Source: Octopus sinensis (taxonomy: Eukaryota). Taken from it: DNA of 64,000 nucleotides. The stretch is taken from the NCBI RefSeq assembly GCF_006345805.1, contig NC_042998.1:48112001-48176000 (forward strand), in the 5' to 3' direction. Position 1 is the stretch's first letter. Every line of letters starts with the position of its first letter. Below, one piece after another: positions 1 through 13,224 of this stretch. The notes under the pieces are model-generated. The model was not told the DNA's origin. It did not search any database and saw only the letters and a list, made by a program, of their open reading frames with translations. A program made the position numbers and the translations under genes.

Positions 1-499
1 AAAATAAACATTTCCATTAATTTACCCACATGTAAATCCCAATACTTTATTTCATCTATTTATTTTTTATATTATTTCATTTCCCTTACTGTTTATTTCA
101 CATGTGACTTATTTTTCTGGTTTAGAAAGTAGATGGCTTTCACAAATGTTATTTGCTTATTATTGGAACGAGTTGTTTACAGTCTTTTCTTCTCATCCTC
201 CCAACCGCTACAGTAATATTCCTTGCCTATGGACATAACACAATGGCTGCTGAAGCCAGCGAAGAATTCTCTAAGTCAAGCATGGGCAACCTTCATCAGG
301 CAGGCAGCACTACTAAAAGAATTCAAGGTGATTTTTATAAACCTTATTTTCTTAGTGAGAAGCCATTCAAATTATTCCACAAGCCTCAGACTGCCCAAGA
401 CTGCTCTAAGTGGTTGCTCTACATGCTGGAAAGAGCAGCCAAATATTTCTCAAACCACACAGAAGAAATGACACATTGGATAATGCAGTCAATGTAGTC

Positions 500-687
500 T
501 TTTATCTTTTACCCTTTACCTGTTTCAGTCATTAGACTGCAGCCCATGCTGGGGCACCACACTGAAGACATTTTCATTGAATGAATCAGCCCCAGTACTT
601 ATTCTACTGGTTTCTTTTACCGAACTGCTAAGTTATGGGAGAGTAAACACTGCAACACTAGTTGTCAAGTGGTATCAGGGGACGGAC

Positions 688-754
<67 letters not shown>

Positions 755-905
755 GCTTCTTTCCATTTCCGTCTGCCAAATCCACTCACAAGGCTTTGGT
801 CAGCCCGAGGCTATAGTAGAAGACACTTGCTCAAAGTGCCACACAGTAGGACTGAACACGAAACGATGTGGTTGAGAAGTAAGCTTCTTACAACAAACTC
901 ATGCC
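500..905 (-). mobile_element. tRNA-derived SINE family A (internal CA/TA microsatellite, CORE-like ccttgggcaagtgtctt box)
   Basis: Reverse complement aligns by eye with the + strand copies at 13745 and 25733 (head, gtagacggaaactgaaagaagccc, microsatellite, gactgaaacaagtaaaagag tail). Confidence 0.85.
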
Positions 906-1624
906 CGAGCCTAGACATAATCTGAATAAGACATGATGGCCAAGAATGGAATACCTTCAGTCATAAACTTGTTCAACTGAGGTTGACATGCAACTAAAAA
1001 ATAACAACAACAACAAGACAATGACTGGTGCAAGTGTTTTGTCATATAAGAAAGTGTGATGGTTCCTTGGTTTACTGAACGACCTACATACATATTATTA
1101 TAATGGGCATGGTTAGTGTAGAGCTAGTCCCACTCATTCATCCTCCAAACTTGTATTGATTGCTCTGGTGTCACAAGTGCCATGAGCCCAATAGTTATCA
1201 GGATGCAGGATTTTTATGGAGTTACCTTCTCTTAGGTGTGCAGCTAAAGAGGTGAAGGACTTTATTGACACTGAATCTATTAGGGTGTCGGTGAATAATC
1301 TTCTTCCAGAGGCAATTTTGGGATATGATAATTAACTCATAGCTGAGACCCAGACAGGCACTACTACTCTGGGTCAGAGAAGACCCAGGAATAATAATGG
1401 CTAAGACACTTCTTAAAACACTGGAACTCCCAAACTAGGGCCCTACAACTAGATGCAGTTTAAAATCATACCCAAAACATATGGTCTTGCGATGCCTCTT
1501 TCGTTGTTCTTTCAACTCTTATTGTGGTTGACTTGACAAGAACTGAGCACAGAAACACATCAACATCATTTGTCAATTACAAATGAGAGTAATATACTAT
1601 GTCATGTTCATGTGAAGATCAGCG

Positions 1625-1850
1625 AAGGTCTGTGGTTGAGCATTTAGGGTACTGAGCCCACAGTCATAGGCTCAATTCCAAGACTGGATAGCAGATTGAT
1701 TGTATCCTTCAGTAAGACACTTCACTTCATGTTGCTCCAGTTCGTTCAGATGGAAATGAGTACTAGTTGCCAGCTATTGCAGCTCGTTCTCCTTTCAGCT
1801 ATCACATCCTCAATGTCCCTGCGGATGGCCAACGAGATGTCTATATCAGC
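1625..1850 (+). mobile_element. Degenerate SINE family E copy
   Basis: Degenerate head plus ttcatgttgctccagttc module, and similarity to the copy at 55691. Confidence 0.6.
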
Positions 1851-1953
1851 TTGTGACTATATAGGCACCTAAAGTAGTTAGTGAAAGGACAGTACAAGCT
1901 ACAAGGTCAAACCTACTTGCAGGTGATGGATATAAGTTTATTTTTTTAATGTC

Positions 1954-2206
1954 ATGACTGGCTTCAATGCTGGTGGCACATAAAAAGCACCAACCGATCG
2001 TGGCCACTGCCAGCCTCTCCTGGCCTGTAAAAATCACCCTCTACACTCATGGAGTTGTTGGTGTTAGGAAGGGCATCCAGCTGTAGAAACACTACCAGAT
2101 CAGACTGGAGCCTGGTGCAGCCTCCTGGTTTCCCAGACCCTGGTCAAACAGTCCAACCCATGCTAGCATGGAAAACAGATGTTAAACGATGATGATGATG
2201 ATGATG
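1954..2206 (+). mobile_element. 5'-truncated RTE LINE 3' tail (family C)
   Basis: gttaggaagggcatccagctgtagaaac...catgctagcatggaaaacagatgttaaac followed by (GAT)n. Confidence 0.85.
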
Positions 2207-2566
2207 TTCATGTAGCAAGCAACAGAACACAGAGGAGTATCATACATGAAAGGCTAACAGACCAGCCAAGCATTATTCATGAAATGGGGGAGGTGGGGGA
2301 GGTATTCACAGAATACCATGTAGGCAATGTAATTGCAAATTAATTGGTGTTAAAAAATGAAAATAAAAATATACGTAAAAAAAAAAAAAAGCAAGCTAAT
2401 TTTGAGAAATGGTAACAGGATGTAAAAGTAGACCTACTTACCAAAATCCCATCTCACACAAGTCCAACATCCAATGACATCATTACACAAAAACCAAAGA
2501 TTGCGCACCATGAAGAGAGCTTACCATTACCACTGTAAATAAATAAATAAAGAGAAAAACAATACT

Positions 2567-2760
2567 TTAATCCATTAGCATTTAATCCAGCCTTATCTGG
2601 CCCAAATATTCTACCTCTATTATGCTAAAACTGACCAGATCCAGCCTGTTACGCCAACCCTACAATGTCGTTCTAAAATTGATAGGGCATGGTTAATTCG
2701 AAACAATGTGAATAAATAAGCATTATTTTTGATAGAATAATCTGAATGTTAAAGGGTTAA
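2567..2760. mobile_element. piggyBac-like MITE
   Basis: TTAA at both ends; the left ttaatccattagcattta is an imperfect inverse of the right gaatgttaaagggttaa. The right end plus flank is tandemly duplicated (about 2745-2850). Confidence 0.6.
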
Positions 2761-3396
2761 TATTAACGTCATCGTCATCACCATCAACAATAACAATAAT
2801 GTTAAAGGGTTAATATTAACGTCATCATCATCACCATCAACAATATCAATGACCACTTAATCAAGCCAGTGTTGAAGCCTTGATGAAATTACTTGACCTG
2901 CTAGAAATAGTAGGTAAATTTCCCTCAAAAAGCATTGTATCATCTTAAACACAGCGTACTGCCTTATGTAATATAATAATAACAATAATAATAATAATAA
3001 TGAAATTACTGTATACAATGCTCAGGTGCACCACAAGTGTGTATAAAGTATGTAGTCTGATGATATACACTTTGTATGAAAAAAAAAAGAAAAAGAAAAA
3101 AAGCACATTGGGATAATCATGGCTGGAATGCCTTTAATTGTCACTGTTTAATTTGGGTAGACCTAAATGATAATAATAACGGTGGTGGTAGCAATGATGG
3201 TTAGTACAATGACACTACCATCACCATTATCATCATTGTCATTTTTTTTATTCATTTCACATCATCAGCTTATTTTTGAGACTTAGATCCACAATTTAAT
3301 TCATTGCTTCTTCCAATAAGGCAATGAAATATGCTGGCCTGTTCAATGATATCCAGGATATTCTGGTCAACAAGTATGTATATATGTGTCGTTGTC

Positions 3397-3624
3397 TAAG
3401 GCAGCGAGCTGGCAGACACAGCGCGCCGGGCGAAATGCTTAGGGGTATTTCGTCTGTCGTTACGTTCTGAGTTCAAATTCCGCCGAGGTCGACTTTGCCT
3501 TTCATCCTTTCGGGGTCGATAAATAAAGTACCAGTTTCACACTGGGGTCAATGTAATCGACTTAATCCCTTTGTCTGCCCTTGTTTGTCCCCTCTATGTT
3601 TAGCCCCTTGTGGGCAATAAAGAA
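3397..3624 (+). mobile_element. tRNA-derived SINE family B
   Basis: A-box-like tggcag, B-box gagttcaaattcc, central gactttgcctttcatcctttcggggtcgataa; candidate TSD tgtcgttg at 3387-3394 and 3625-3632. Confidence 0.9.
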
Positions 3625-3857
3625 TGTCGTTGACCTTTAGCTCCCCTACACAAGCATTCTCTAAGTCGGCTCTGATCTACTAGACCTATAACCAAGCGCA
3701 TTCCAGCAATGACCATCCTCACTTTTTTTGTATATCCAGCATTACATTTTCTCCACCTTTTCTTAACACAGTGGAGCTTCATATTTAGATATTATTTTTA
3801 GCTAGTCATTGCAATTTTATAGAGACTCTCATAATGACTCTGGTATGTATATGTTGA

Positions 3858-4120
3858 GAAGACACATGGCTCAGTGGTTAGAGCATCAGGCTTACAATCA
3901 TGAGGTTGTGAGTTTGATTCCCAAACCTGACTGTTTGTTGTGTTCTTGAACAAGGCACTTTATTTCATGTTGTTTCAGTTCACTCAGCTGTAGAGATCAG
4001 CAGTGACATTACTGGTACCAAGCTGTATAGGCCTTTGCCTTTCCCTTGGATAACATCGCTGGCATGAGGAGGGGAACTTTCTAGGTGCAATCCCATAGTC
4101 ATTTGTGACTGAAGGAACTC
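3858..4120 (+). mobile_element. SINE family E with internal deletion
   Basis: tggctcagtgg A box, gagtttgattcc B box, tail ctaggtgcaatcccatagtc shared with 24041 and 55691. Confidence 0.8.
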
Positions 4121-4129
4121 TGTGTATAT

Positions 4130-4193
<64 letters not shown>

Positions 4194-4196
<3 letters not shown>

Positions 4197-4437
4197 TCAT
4201 CACCATCATCATCGTTTAACGACCGTTTTCCATGCTAGCATGGGTTGGACGGTTCGACCGGGGTCTGGGAAGCCAGGAGGCTGCACCAGGCTCCAGTCTG
4301 ATGTGGCAGTGTTTCTACAGCTGAATGCCCTTCCTAACGCCAACCACTCCGTGAGTGTAGTGGGTGCTTTTTAAGTGCCACCAGTACAGGTGCCAGGGGA
4401 GGCTGGCAGCGGCCACAATCAGTTGGTGCTTTTTACG

Positions 4438-4438
<1 letters not shown>
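4194..4438 (-). mobile_element. RTE LINE 3' tail (family C)
   Basis: (CAT)n followed by the reverse complement of the family C tail. Confidence 0.85.
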
Positions 4439-4465
<27 letters not shown>

Positions 4466-4468
<3 letters not shown>

Positions 4469-4981
4469 ATATATATAAAACTGTAGTTGTGTGAGTGTCT
4501 GTCTCCTACGATTTAGATTCCTAACTCCTCCCACATTTTGCGGTGCAGTTTAACCAAATTCGGGTATCTTATAGTCGTGATTAATATCGAGCCCGTCTGG
4601 CTATTAGCGCGCGTCTGCGATGAGTCTACGATTTTAAAAATAATTTAACATCATTTTTTATTCCATTTTAATGCATAATTTTTCGTGTGTCGATGGCGCA
4701 GAGTTGGCGTCCATGCTCAAACACCTGCACCTGTGTTTGCTTCTCCCCCTTCTTCCCTCCCTCGTGAAGCTGTGGGGAAGGGAGTGTAAGGAAATCAACG
4801 TCGTAATGCGTTGTCAAGGAGACCAGCGTTCTTTTAGAACAACGACTTCATGGCTTGAAGACACCAAAACAGAAATGGCTAAGAAAGCCCGAATTGGCAT
4901 CTATAAAGGAAGTAACTCTCTAAAAATGCTTATATAGTTATTTCCCTTACAAACCCGAGCAACGCCGGGCGATACTGCTAG
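4466..4981 (+). mobile_element. Non-autonomous Helitron
   Basis: A|TCTATATATATAAAAC 5' end, subterminal hairpin cccgagcaacgccggg, CTAG|T 3' end, no TSD. Confidence 0.85.
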
Positions 4982-5084
4982 TATATATATATATATATGT
5001 ACAAACATTAGTAGAAGTGTATTAAAAATCAGATCCTATAGTTGATGGTATAAAAGGTACACAGGCATATTACACTCCAGGCAA

Positions 5085-5975
5085 AATGCTTAGCCACATT
5101 TCACTTGTCTTTACGTTCTGGGTTCAAATTCCATTGAGGTTGACTTTACCTCTCATCCTTTCAGGACCAATAAAATCCTGAGTACAGTATTTGATGTAAT
5201 CCACTTATCCCCTTCCACAAAATTTCAGGCCTCTTATAGAAAAGATTATTAAACTTCTGTTTAAGGTAGCAACTGGCAGAATTGTTAATACACCAGGTAA
5301 AATGCTTAGCGGCATTTTGTTCATTTTTACATTCTGAGTTCAGATTCCATCAAGGTTGACTTTACCTTTCATCCTTTTATAGTTGATGAAATAAGTACCA
5401 GTTCAGTACTGGGGTCGATGTAACTGACTTATCCCCTGCCCTGAAATTGCTGGCCTTGTGCCAAAATTTGAAATCAATATTTCTACTTGTTAAGGTGGCA
5501 ATCTGGTAGAATCATTAGCATGCCTGGAAAAATGCTTAATGGTATTTCTTCCCGCTGGTATTTCTTAAGGCGGCAAGCTGGCAGAAACGTTAGCACGCCG
5601 GGCGAAATGCTTAGCGGTATTTCGTCTGCGTTACGTTGTGAGTTCAAATTCCGCCGAGGTCGACTTTGCCTTTCATCCTTTCGGGGTCGATAAATTAAGT
5701 ACCAGTTACGCACTGGGGTCGATGTAATCGACTTAATACCTATGTCTGTCCTTGTTTGTCCCCTCTGTGTTTAGCCCCTTGTGGGTAATAAAGAAATAGA
5801 AATAGGTATTTCTTCCTGCTTTACATTCTGAGTTCAAATTCCACCAAAGTCATCTTTACCTTTCATCCTATTGGAGTTGATGAAATAAGTACCAGTTGAG
5901 TAATGGGGTCAATGTAATCAACTTATCCCACCTTTGAAAACGTTGGCCTTGTGCCAAAATTATGAAATCAATATT
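5085..5975 (+). mobile_element. Cluster of tandem/nested SINE family B copies
   Basis: At least four copies of the B body. The young copy at 5567-5804 is flanked by ggtatttctt at 5557-5566 and 5805-5814. Confidence 0.85.
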
Positions 5976-6633
5976 TACAACTCACAAGAAGGAAGTTATA
6001 TAAAACTCTTTGTCTCTCCTCGCCATTCCTTAGTGTTTCTTTAATGTATTACCTATGAAACAAACACTCACTCACCTGCCACCCTAAACAATCTCAGACA
6101 GGCAGATAGAAAGACAAACTGACCAACAGACAGAAGTGTTTTCACATACTAATTAGGTCAGGTAATTTCTGCTGCTGCTAACCAAGAATGATGTTAGTAT
6201 GCTAGCAGGGTATCTCAAAGCAGACCAAATGCACATGCATGCAAAACTCACACACACACACACTCTCTCTCTCTCTCTTTCTCTCAAGGCCAGCAGTTTC
6301 GGGGAAGGGGCGAAGATGGTGAGGCAGGATTTGAGAGAGACTTGACAGCTATTTCTAACAGGTCAAGCGGTTTCATTCAGGTTTTGGTAGGAGGAGAGGA
6401 AATAGTGGTGGAAGTGATAACAGAGAGAGAGAGAGAGAGCAGGAGTGGGAAGTTATTATAATTTCTTTAAAACCCTAAATCAATCACCTACCCTCCTCCT
6501 CCTCCGACCATTACTACTACTACTACTACTGAAATCACCATTCATAATCACTAAGCAAGGATCTTTGATGATGGCTGCAGTTCAAGCAACAGCAGCAGCA
6601 GCAACAACAACAACGAAAAACACAACAAACAAC

Positions 6634-6676
<43 letters not shown>

Positions 6677-7037
6677 TATGTAAGTGTGATACTAAATGCA
6701 TGACATGACAGATGGAGAGAGTGAGAAGTAGATGGTAATAATGCATACATTACAACACCACAAGCACTAGCACTACAACTGCAACCACCACCACTAGCAC
6801 CACTAACAACAACAACACCAATAGTAACACCCTGTTGCCTGACCCCCACCACTCTCCATCTTTCCAACACTGCCAACTGGTGAGTGGGAGACAAAGCTAT
6901 CTCTTTTTTGTTGTTATTTACATATTTTTCAGCATAGAAACAGTGAAGGTTGGTGTGATGGTGATATTGGCACGGCTGATTAACCCCAGGTCAGGCCTGA
7001 CCAAGCAGATCTATAAGAATAATAATCGTCTCTACTG

Positions 7038-7165
7038 TACAAGGGGGTACTGAAAAGTTCCTGGCTTTAAAGGTATAGGGAAAGGCCTGGTTGGAGGCAC
7101 CCAACCTTCCGAGTTCTTTTACAGGGCTTAGAAAAACTGAAGGACCACTGCAATAAGGGTGTGAA
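7038..7165 (+). mobile_element. Mariner-derived MITE fragment
   Basis: TA-CAAGGGGGTACTGAAAAGTTCC mariner-type terminus followed by sequence reading QGLEKLKDHCNKGV, like a mariner C-terminus. Confidence 0.6.
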
Positions 7166-7204
7166 AAAATCATAATTAACTGATTCTCATGCCTTTTCTT
7201 TTAC

Positions 7205-8338
7205 CCAAAGTGTCCAACTTTATTTTTTTTTCCACCAAAACTAATACCATGTGAGCAAAATTCTTTGGGTGATAGATGACACCACCCTTCCTGCACATCC
7301 GTGAAAATTCTCATGCCAGTTGGCCACATCAGTTCCTGGGTATTACACCTAGAGTACAGATGCGTAGTGCATGCTCAATGGATTTTCATTTTCAATGGAA
7401 TTTGTAGTTTTGTGGTACCAGTGCCGGTGGTACCAGTGCCGGTGGCACATACGAAAACCATCCGAACGTGGCCGTAGCCAGTACCGCATTGACTGGCCTC
7501 CGTGCTGGTGGCACGTAAAAAACACCATCCGAGCGTGGCCATTCGCCAACCTCGTCTGGCACCTGTGTCGGTGGCACATAAAATCACCCACTACACTCTC
7601 GGAGTGGTTGGCGTTAGGAAGGGCATCCAGCTGTAGAAACACTACCAGATCTGACTGGCATGGTGCAACCTTCGGGCTTCCCAGACCCCAGTTGAACCGT
7701 CCAACCCATGCTAGCATGGTAAGCGGACGTTAAACGATGATGATGATGATGATGGTGATGATCAAATGCATCAAGCAGAGATATTGCATCAAGTTTTGCT
7801 GAAAGCTTAGCGATACTCAAGCTCAAACCAACCAAAAGATTCAACAGGCTTTTGGCTATAATACTATGGACAAAACTCAGATCAAGAAGTGGTACAACCA
7901 CTTCAAACATAGCCATGCCTCAGTAGAGAGAGAGAGAGAGAGAGACGCAGGCCATCCACAAGACAAAACGAGGAGTAGATTGAGAAAGTTTGGTAAATAA
8001 TCATGGAAGATCATCTGGTAACAATCCAGGAGTTTGCTCACAAAGTGGGAATATGTACAGGACTGGTGCATTCCATTTTAATGGAGGATTTGTGCATGTG
8101 GAGAGTGTTAATAAAATTTGTCTCCAAGGTGCCAGTGGAGCAGCAGAAACAACTCTGCATGGAAATCCCTCGGGACATGCTAGACTGTGCAAACCATGAC
8201 CCAGACTTCATGAAAACCATCAACATTGGTGAAGAGACATGGGCTTACAGTCTCTGCTCAATGAATTTGGTCATCTTGCATGAAAATGAAAATCCAATGA
8301 GCACACACTACATGGCTGTACTCTAGGTATAACAGTTA
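7205..8338 (+). mobile_element. Decayed mariner transposon (N-terminal transposase) with fold-back end
   Basis: 7753-8250 reads ..QRYCIKFC*KLSDTQAQT..IQQAFG..KKWYNHFK..MEDHLVTIQEFAHKVGICTGLVHSILMEDLCMWRV..DPDFMKTINIGEETWAY (HTH plus the GDETW motif). 8251-8338 is an inverted copy of its 5' UTR/start. Confidence 0.85.
7410..7760 (+). mobile_element. RTE LINE 3' tail (family C) inserted in the mariner
   Basis: Repeated gtgccggtggcac units, the gaagggcatccagc core and a (GAT)n tail. Confidence 0.9.
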
Positions 8339-8339
8339 A

Positions 8340-8725
8340 GAACAATACATGGATTGTAGCCAAGCCACCTGTTGTTCTGGGAGCTGTGCTATTGCTCCTG
8401 GCAGAAGTTGTTTTCATCTGAGAAGAACCAGATCATGCCTGGCTCAGCAGGAAGCCTCGGCTTATTTTGAAGTTTTTTTTGCCATCATTAAATGGTTCCC
8501 TTTTGCTTCAGCTGTCAGAATTTGTCCTTTGTGCCTCTTGTATGAATCGTAGCAACGGTCCTCATTCAGGGTCAACATCATGGTAATGACTCCAACACCC
8601 ACCTCTGTTATCAAAGCCTGGATTCGCTTGCTCAGATCTTCCATTACATTGTCCTGCAATTGTTGGATGAATTCCAACATGTGGATGCAGTCAGAATGCC
8701 TGCTGCATCCCTTCCTAGCTTTAAT
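8340..8725 (-). pseudogene. maT/DD37D-like Tc1-mariner transposase fragment
   Basis: RKGCSRHSDCIHMLEFIQQLQDNVMEDLSKRIQAL...EDRCYDSYKRHKGQILT then frameshift PAEPGMIWFFSDENNFCQEQ*HSSQNNRWL. The WFFSDEKNF-like first catalytic Asp motif is typical of this family. Confidence 0.8.
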
Positions 8726-9204
8726 TAGTAAGGTTCATAGAAGCAAAAGCTTCAGTACATATTAACATGTTAGGTTAGACTTTTAGTCCATAGTTTCTAC
8801 AGTTTTCACTGCTATCACCTACTGCTTGGTATTGCAAGCTTTTGGTAAAGCATCAAAATACTTTAATCTTAACCTTTGCATTACCAATCCAATCATGGTA
8901 CAGTTTCTCTAAAACTATTTTCTTTATCTTTTTCATTCTTTCATTTCTTTGATGACTATTTTCCTTGCTTTCATCAAAGAGGAGTCACACGTCATGATAC
9001 TATTTCCTTCAAATTTTGTAATCTGTGACTTCAATATTTTGACTCTTGTTTTGATGTTTATAGTGTTTTGGGAAAGTTTTGTCAAGTTGAAAATCATAAT
9101 TTAGTCTTCAATGCCAAAGAAGGTGGAATCATTTTTATGTGATACAAAAAACTGAGGTGTGTATGCAGTGCCAACTTAACACATGGCCACATTGGACAGT
9201 TTCC

Positions 9205-9450
9205 CGGGAAGGCCTTGTGTGTCTAGGGGTTCAAATCTGATCTATATATGCTGTGACTAGTTGTCAATAAATAAGTACTCCAGGGCCTCATGCATCTAGG
9301 GGTCCAATTCTGATCTAGGAATGCTGTGGCTTGCTGTCAATAAGTAAATAAATACCCTAGGATTCAATGCATTAATTCACCCAGGGGCACCATGGGTTTA
9401 GGGTCCCAATTCCAATCAAGGGTCCAGTGTACTGATTTGCCAATAGGGGA
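9205..9450. repeat. Degenerate ~75-80 bp tandem repeat (2-3 units)
   Basis: ctaggggttcaaatctgatcta..gctgtgactagttgtcaataa repeated as ctaggggtccaattctgatcta..gctgtggcttgctgtcaataa. Confidence 0.6.
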
Positions 9451-10393
9451 GGATACAATGCTGCTAAGACAGTCCTGTGGTTATGCAATTGTTTAAAATT
9501 CTGTAAAATACAATGATAAATAGAATCTCAATAAAGAAAGTAAAGAGAAGTACATATATTCTTGAAGAGATCAACATTTTATTCATTCTAACACAGAAAT
9601 GCTCTGCTGACAGATCAGCCCAGTTATTTAATAAGAGTTAAATAGCTTATTACTGCTAATAACCAACAATTCCCTTTGAACAAATCATTGTCTTCCCATT
9701 TGAAATTATGTTGATTGTCTGCTCTGTTATATCGGCAGACTTGAAGTACTTAAAAATATAGGTGCACCATCCATCTGTCTGTCTGTCAGTCTGTCTGTCT
9801 ACATGTCTGGCTGCAGTGTCATTACACCTCATTTCTAGAACTCCCACTGGTTGCACTGCCTGTGTTAGTATTGAATTTCTATCGACATTTTGTCTGCATA
9901 CTGAATAAGTCTACCTTCCTGCTACCGACCTTGTTCTGCTTGTAGAAAAGAAATACACATACACGCATGCATAGACAAACACACATGCACACACAGACAC
10001 ACACACACACACACATGGAATCAGATAACACACATATACACAAAAACACAAGCTACCTCAAAGAGAGGGGCACAGAAGATGGCTGGGAAATTAAAAGAGG
10101 AAAAATAAAATACCAAGTGTTTGTTTGCATGAGAAAAGACTTGTGGTGAGAATGAATGATGAGAACTGGGTAAACAAGTGTCTGTATGTAAGCTGGGGTG
10201 ACTGCTGGTATTCAGAGTAGAGGTAGGCCAAGGGAAAAAAAAAACTAAAACCTGAAAGGAGGTAGTTAGAGCTGATTTAAGAGACCTAAAACTTGACAGA
10301 GAGAAACTGGTTGAGGGGAGGGCAATGCAAAGAGAGAGAGGCAGATAAAGAAGAAATAAACAAGAGAAGAGGGACGGAGAAAGAGTGAAAAGA

Positions 10394-10434
<41 letters not shown>

Positions 10435-10623
10435 AGAAAATAAGAGGGAGGAAATGAGAAGGAGAGAAAAAGCTATGAAGTAGCACTGCCTAGTTCCGAG
10501 CCAGCATGAAAAAACAGATGTATTCTGGTGCCAATATGTGTGTATGTTATGTTTATTTCATATATATATATATATATATGTGTGTGTATATATATGTATG
10601 TATGTATATAGACACGCACATAT

Positions 10624-10664
<41 letters not shown>

Positions 10665-11969
10665 TATATGTATTATGTGTATGCATGTATGTGTATGCAT
10701 GTGTGTATGTGCAAGTATAAGGCAAAGCTCACAAGCCTTAAATTCTAGATAATAAACCATTATGTACACATGAAATATTTTCTTTGTTTTATTTTTGTTC
10801 TTGTTGTAAATGTTGCATTTATTCAGATGACTTAGTCTTTCTCTTTCTCTCTCTATCTCTCTCTCTTTACTTCTCCCTCTTTCTCTCTCATTCTAGCTGT
10901 CTATCTCTTCGTCTATTTATCTCTTGAAGTTTCATTACTAGTCAAACAATTTTAGGACATTTTGCAAAGCCTCTCATGGCATTTACAATCCTGGCATAGA
11001 TGAGAAATATTTTTCTTTCAAATTCTCTCTCTCTCTCTCTCTCGCTCTCTCTCCCACTGTTAGTTTGACCCTCTCTTCTTTATCTTCTTCTCTCACACTC
11101 TCTTTCCAATCTACTGAAACTTGTAAACTTATCAACAATGTTGCTATGTAATGGGAACTAGGTTCATTGAATTAAGTCATTTTACTGTTACAAAAGCAGC
11201 AGCAGCAGCAGCAGTAGTAGCAGCAGCAGCATTAGTAGTAGTAGTAGTAGTAGTAGGAGGAGGAGGAGGAGGACCAGCAGCATCTATTTCTAACATAAGC
11301 ATGGGACAACAGACTCTGGAGGGATGGTCAGTTAATTGAATTAACCTCAAGTATTTTATCAATCTCCATTTTATCAATCAAACTGCTATATTGTGAGACA
11401 TATAGGTACAAAACTTAAACATTACACGAATTAAACATAACAGACATGCACACAAACATACACATACATATATACATAAACTGTTGAGCAGTAGATTACA
11501 GGTTATGCAATATAACCTGTAGGTTTCATGCCCACTATTGCACTTTGCCGCATTGATAATTTTTCAAACCTATTGGCCAGAGACACAGCCCTTTTATATG
11601 TTGGAGGTATACATGGCCCTAGTTGGCTCGTAATTTGATAAAAAAAAACTGGGATGAAATGTAGTGAAAAGTTATAACATATTGCAGGAGGAAAGAAGAG
11701 TTGCTTCCCATGGATTGATGTCAGCCATTGTTGAAGTGTATCAGTTGAGTGCACAGGCTTAGGAAAGATCTTTAACCTTTTTCCATCCAAGGAGTGTTTT
11801 AACCCAATATTCTACACTTTATTACATATAATTTTACCTTCTTCGAGTTCCACCATGTGTGGTGTGTGTGTGTGTGTTTGTCTGTGTAATGGGGGTGTAT
11901 GGCTTAGTGTCTAGTGTGTTGCATTCTGTCAGGATGGAAAGCAAAAACCAATCTTACTGGAGTTTAAGC

Positions 11970-12052
11970 CAGTCATGGGCAACCTGCAACCCACCTGATG
12001 GTGAGACATGTCTCATGTGGCCCACTTCTTGCAAAATGTTGCTCATGCCTGG
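11970..12052. mobile_element. Miniature hAT-like MITE
   Basis: TIRs cagtcatgggcaac / gttgctcatgcctg; near-perfect 8-bp TSD gtttaagc (11962-11969) / gttgaagc (12053-12060). Confidence 0.6.
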
Positions 12053-13143
12053 GTTGAAGCCCGAAACAGACATATAATTAAACACTGCTAACTTGTCTGT
12101 GATCCCTCTACATCTATTGCTTACATTGGGCACACTGTACAGAGTTACTACCCACTCCTTATTTTTGTGTGTGGAGGTGGGGGCAGTGTTTGTGTATTTG
12201 TATATGGTTGTGTGGTGGAAAAGTTAACTTCCCAAATACAAGGTTTTGGGTTCAACCCCACTGCATAAGACAGGTAACAATCTTCTACAACAGCCCAAGG
12301 TTGACCGAAGCCTTATGAGTGGAACTGATAGAAGGAAACTGAAAGACGCCCATCATGTATCATCATCATCATCTTCAATGCCATCATCATCATTGCTATT
12401 TTGTACCTTGTGGAGCCTATTTTTGCTGTACTCTTATCTTGCACCCTTAACACCCCCTATCATTTACCTATTGCTCACCCCACCTTTCTTCTTTCACGCA
12501 GCTCTTTATTGTTCATAGTCCCACATGTGCTACCAATACTATTCTCATCAATCAGACCCTTGTGCTTCACTAGAGTACATTCTAACTTCCTCCTCTTGTT
12601 CTACCAACCAGCACTCTCTCTTTCTCCTCTGGGTCACTTCTTTTACCACCCTCTAGTCCTTTTTTTATTTACTGTGTACAAAACAAGCTCTCTCCTGTGT
12701 TGAGGCCACAAGAGAACATTCCGTCCTCCACCATCATGCTCCCATGAATGGAGTGAGGAATTACTACTTTAATATCTATGTCATAAAAATACATCCAGTA
12801 TATGTTGTGAAGTGGATGGCAAATAACCGGAGAAAGAATGGAGTTGTGAGGTACTTCTAGTCTTGTCTGGCCAAGGACTACTCAGCGTCTGTAGTGTAGG
12901 TGTCTTGAGAAAATGTACCCAGAACCCTCTGTAAAGTGGTCGGGAACAGAAAGTACATCCAATTATAGAAACAAAGCCAAATGACACATACAAGAAGCAG
13001 TTTATGGAAACAGTAAGAAATGACTCAGACCCTTGCAACCCATCCATCCTGTGCCAGCATGTGAAATGATGATGATGATATACAGATATAGATATGAATG
13101 TGTATGTGTGTGGTGTGTACATATATACATATAGATATATGTA

Positions 13144-13190
<47 letters not shown>

Positions 13191-13224
13191 ATATATATAT
13201 ATAAGTATACACACACACACACAT

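Noticed and set aside
153-497. 114-aa ORF, faintly HTH/transposase-like
   Set aside because: No diagnostic motif that I can recognise; resemblance is too weak.
3057-3085. CTGATGA-T-ATACA(CTT)TGTAT-GAAA hammerhead-like core
   Set aside because: Followed by poly-A, with no stem III or cleavage triplet.
6550-6680. Poly-Ala/Thr/Ser runs (also 11190-11280) suggesting homopolymer-rich exons
   Set aside because: Mixed trinucleotide microsatellites without flanking coding signal.
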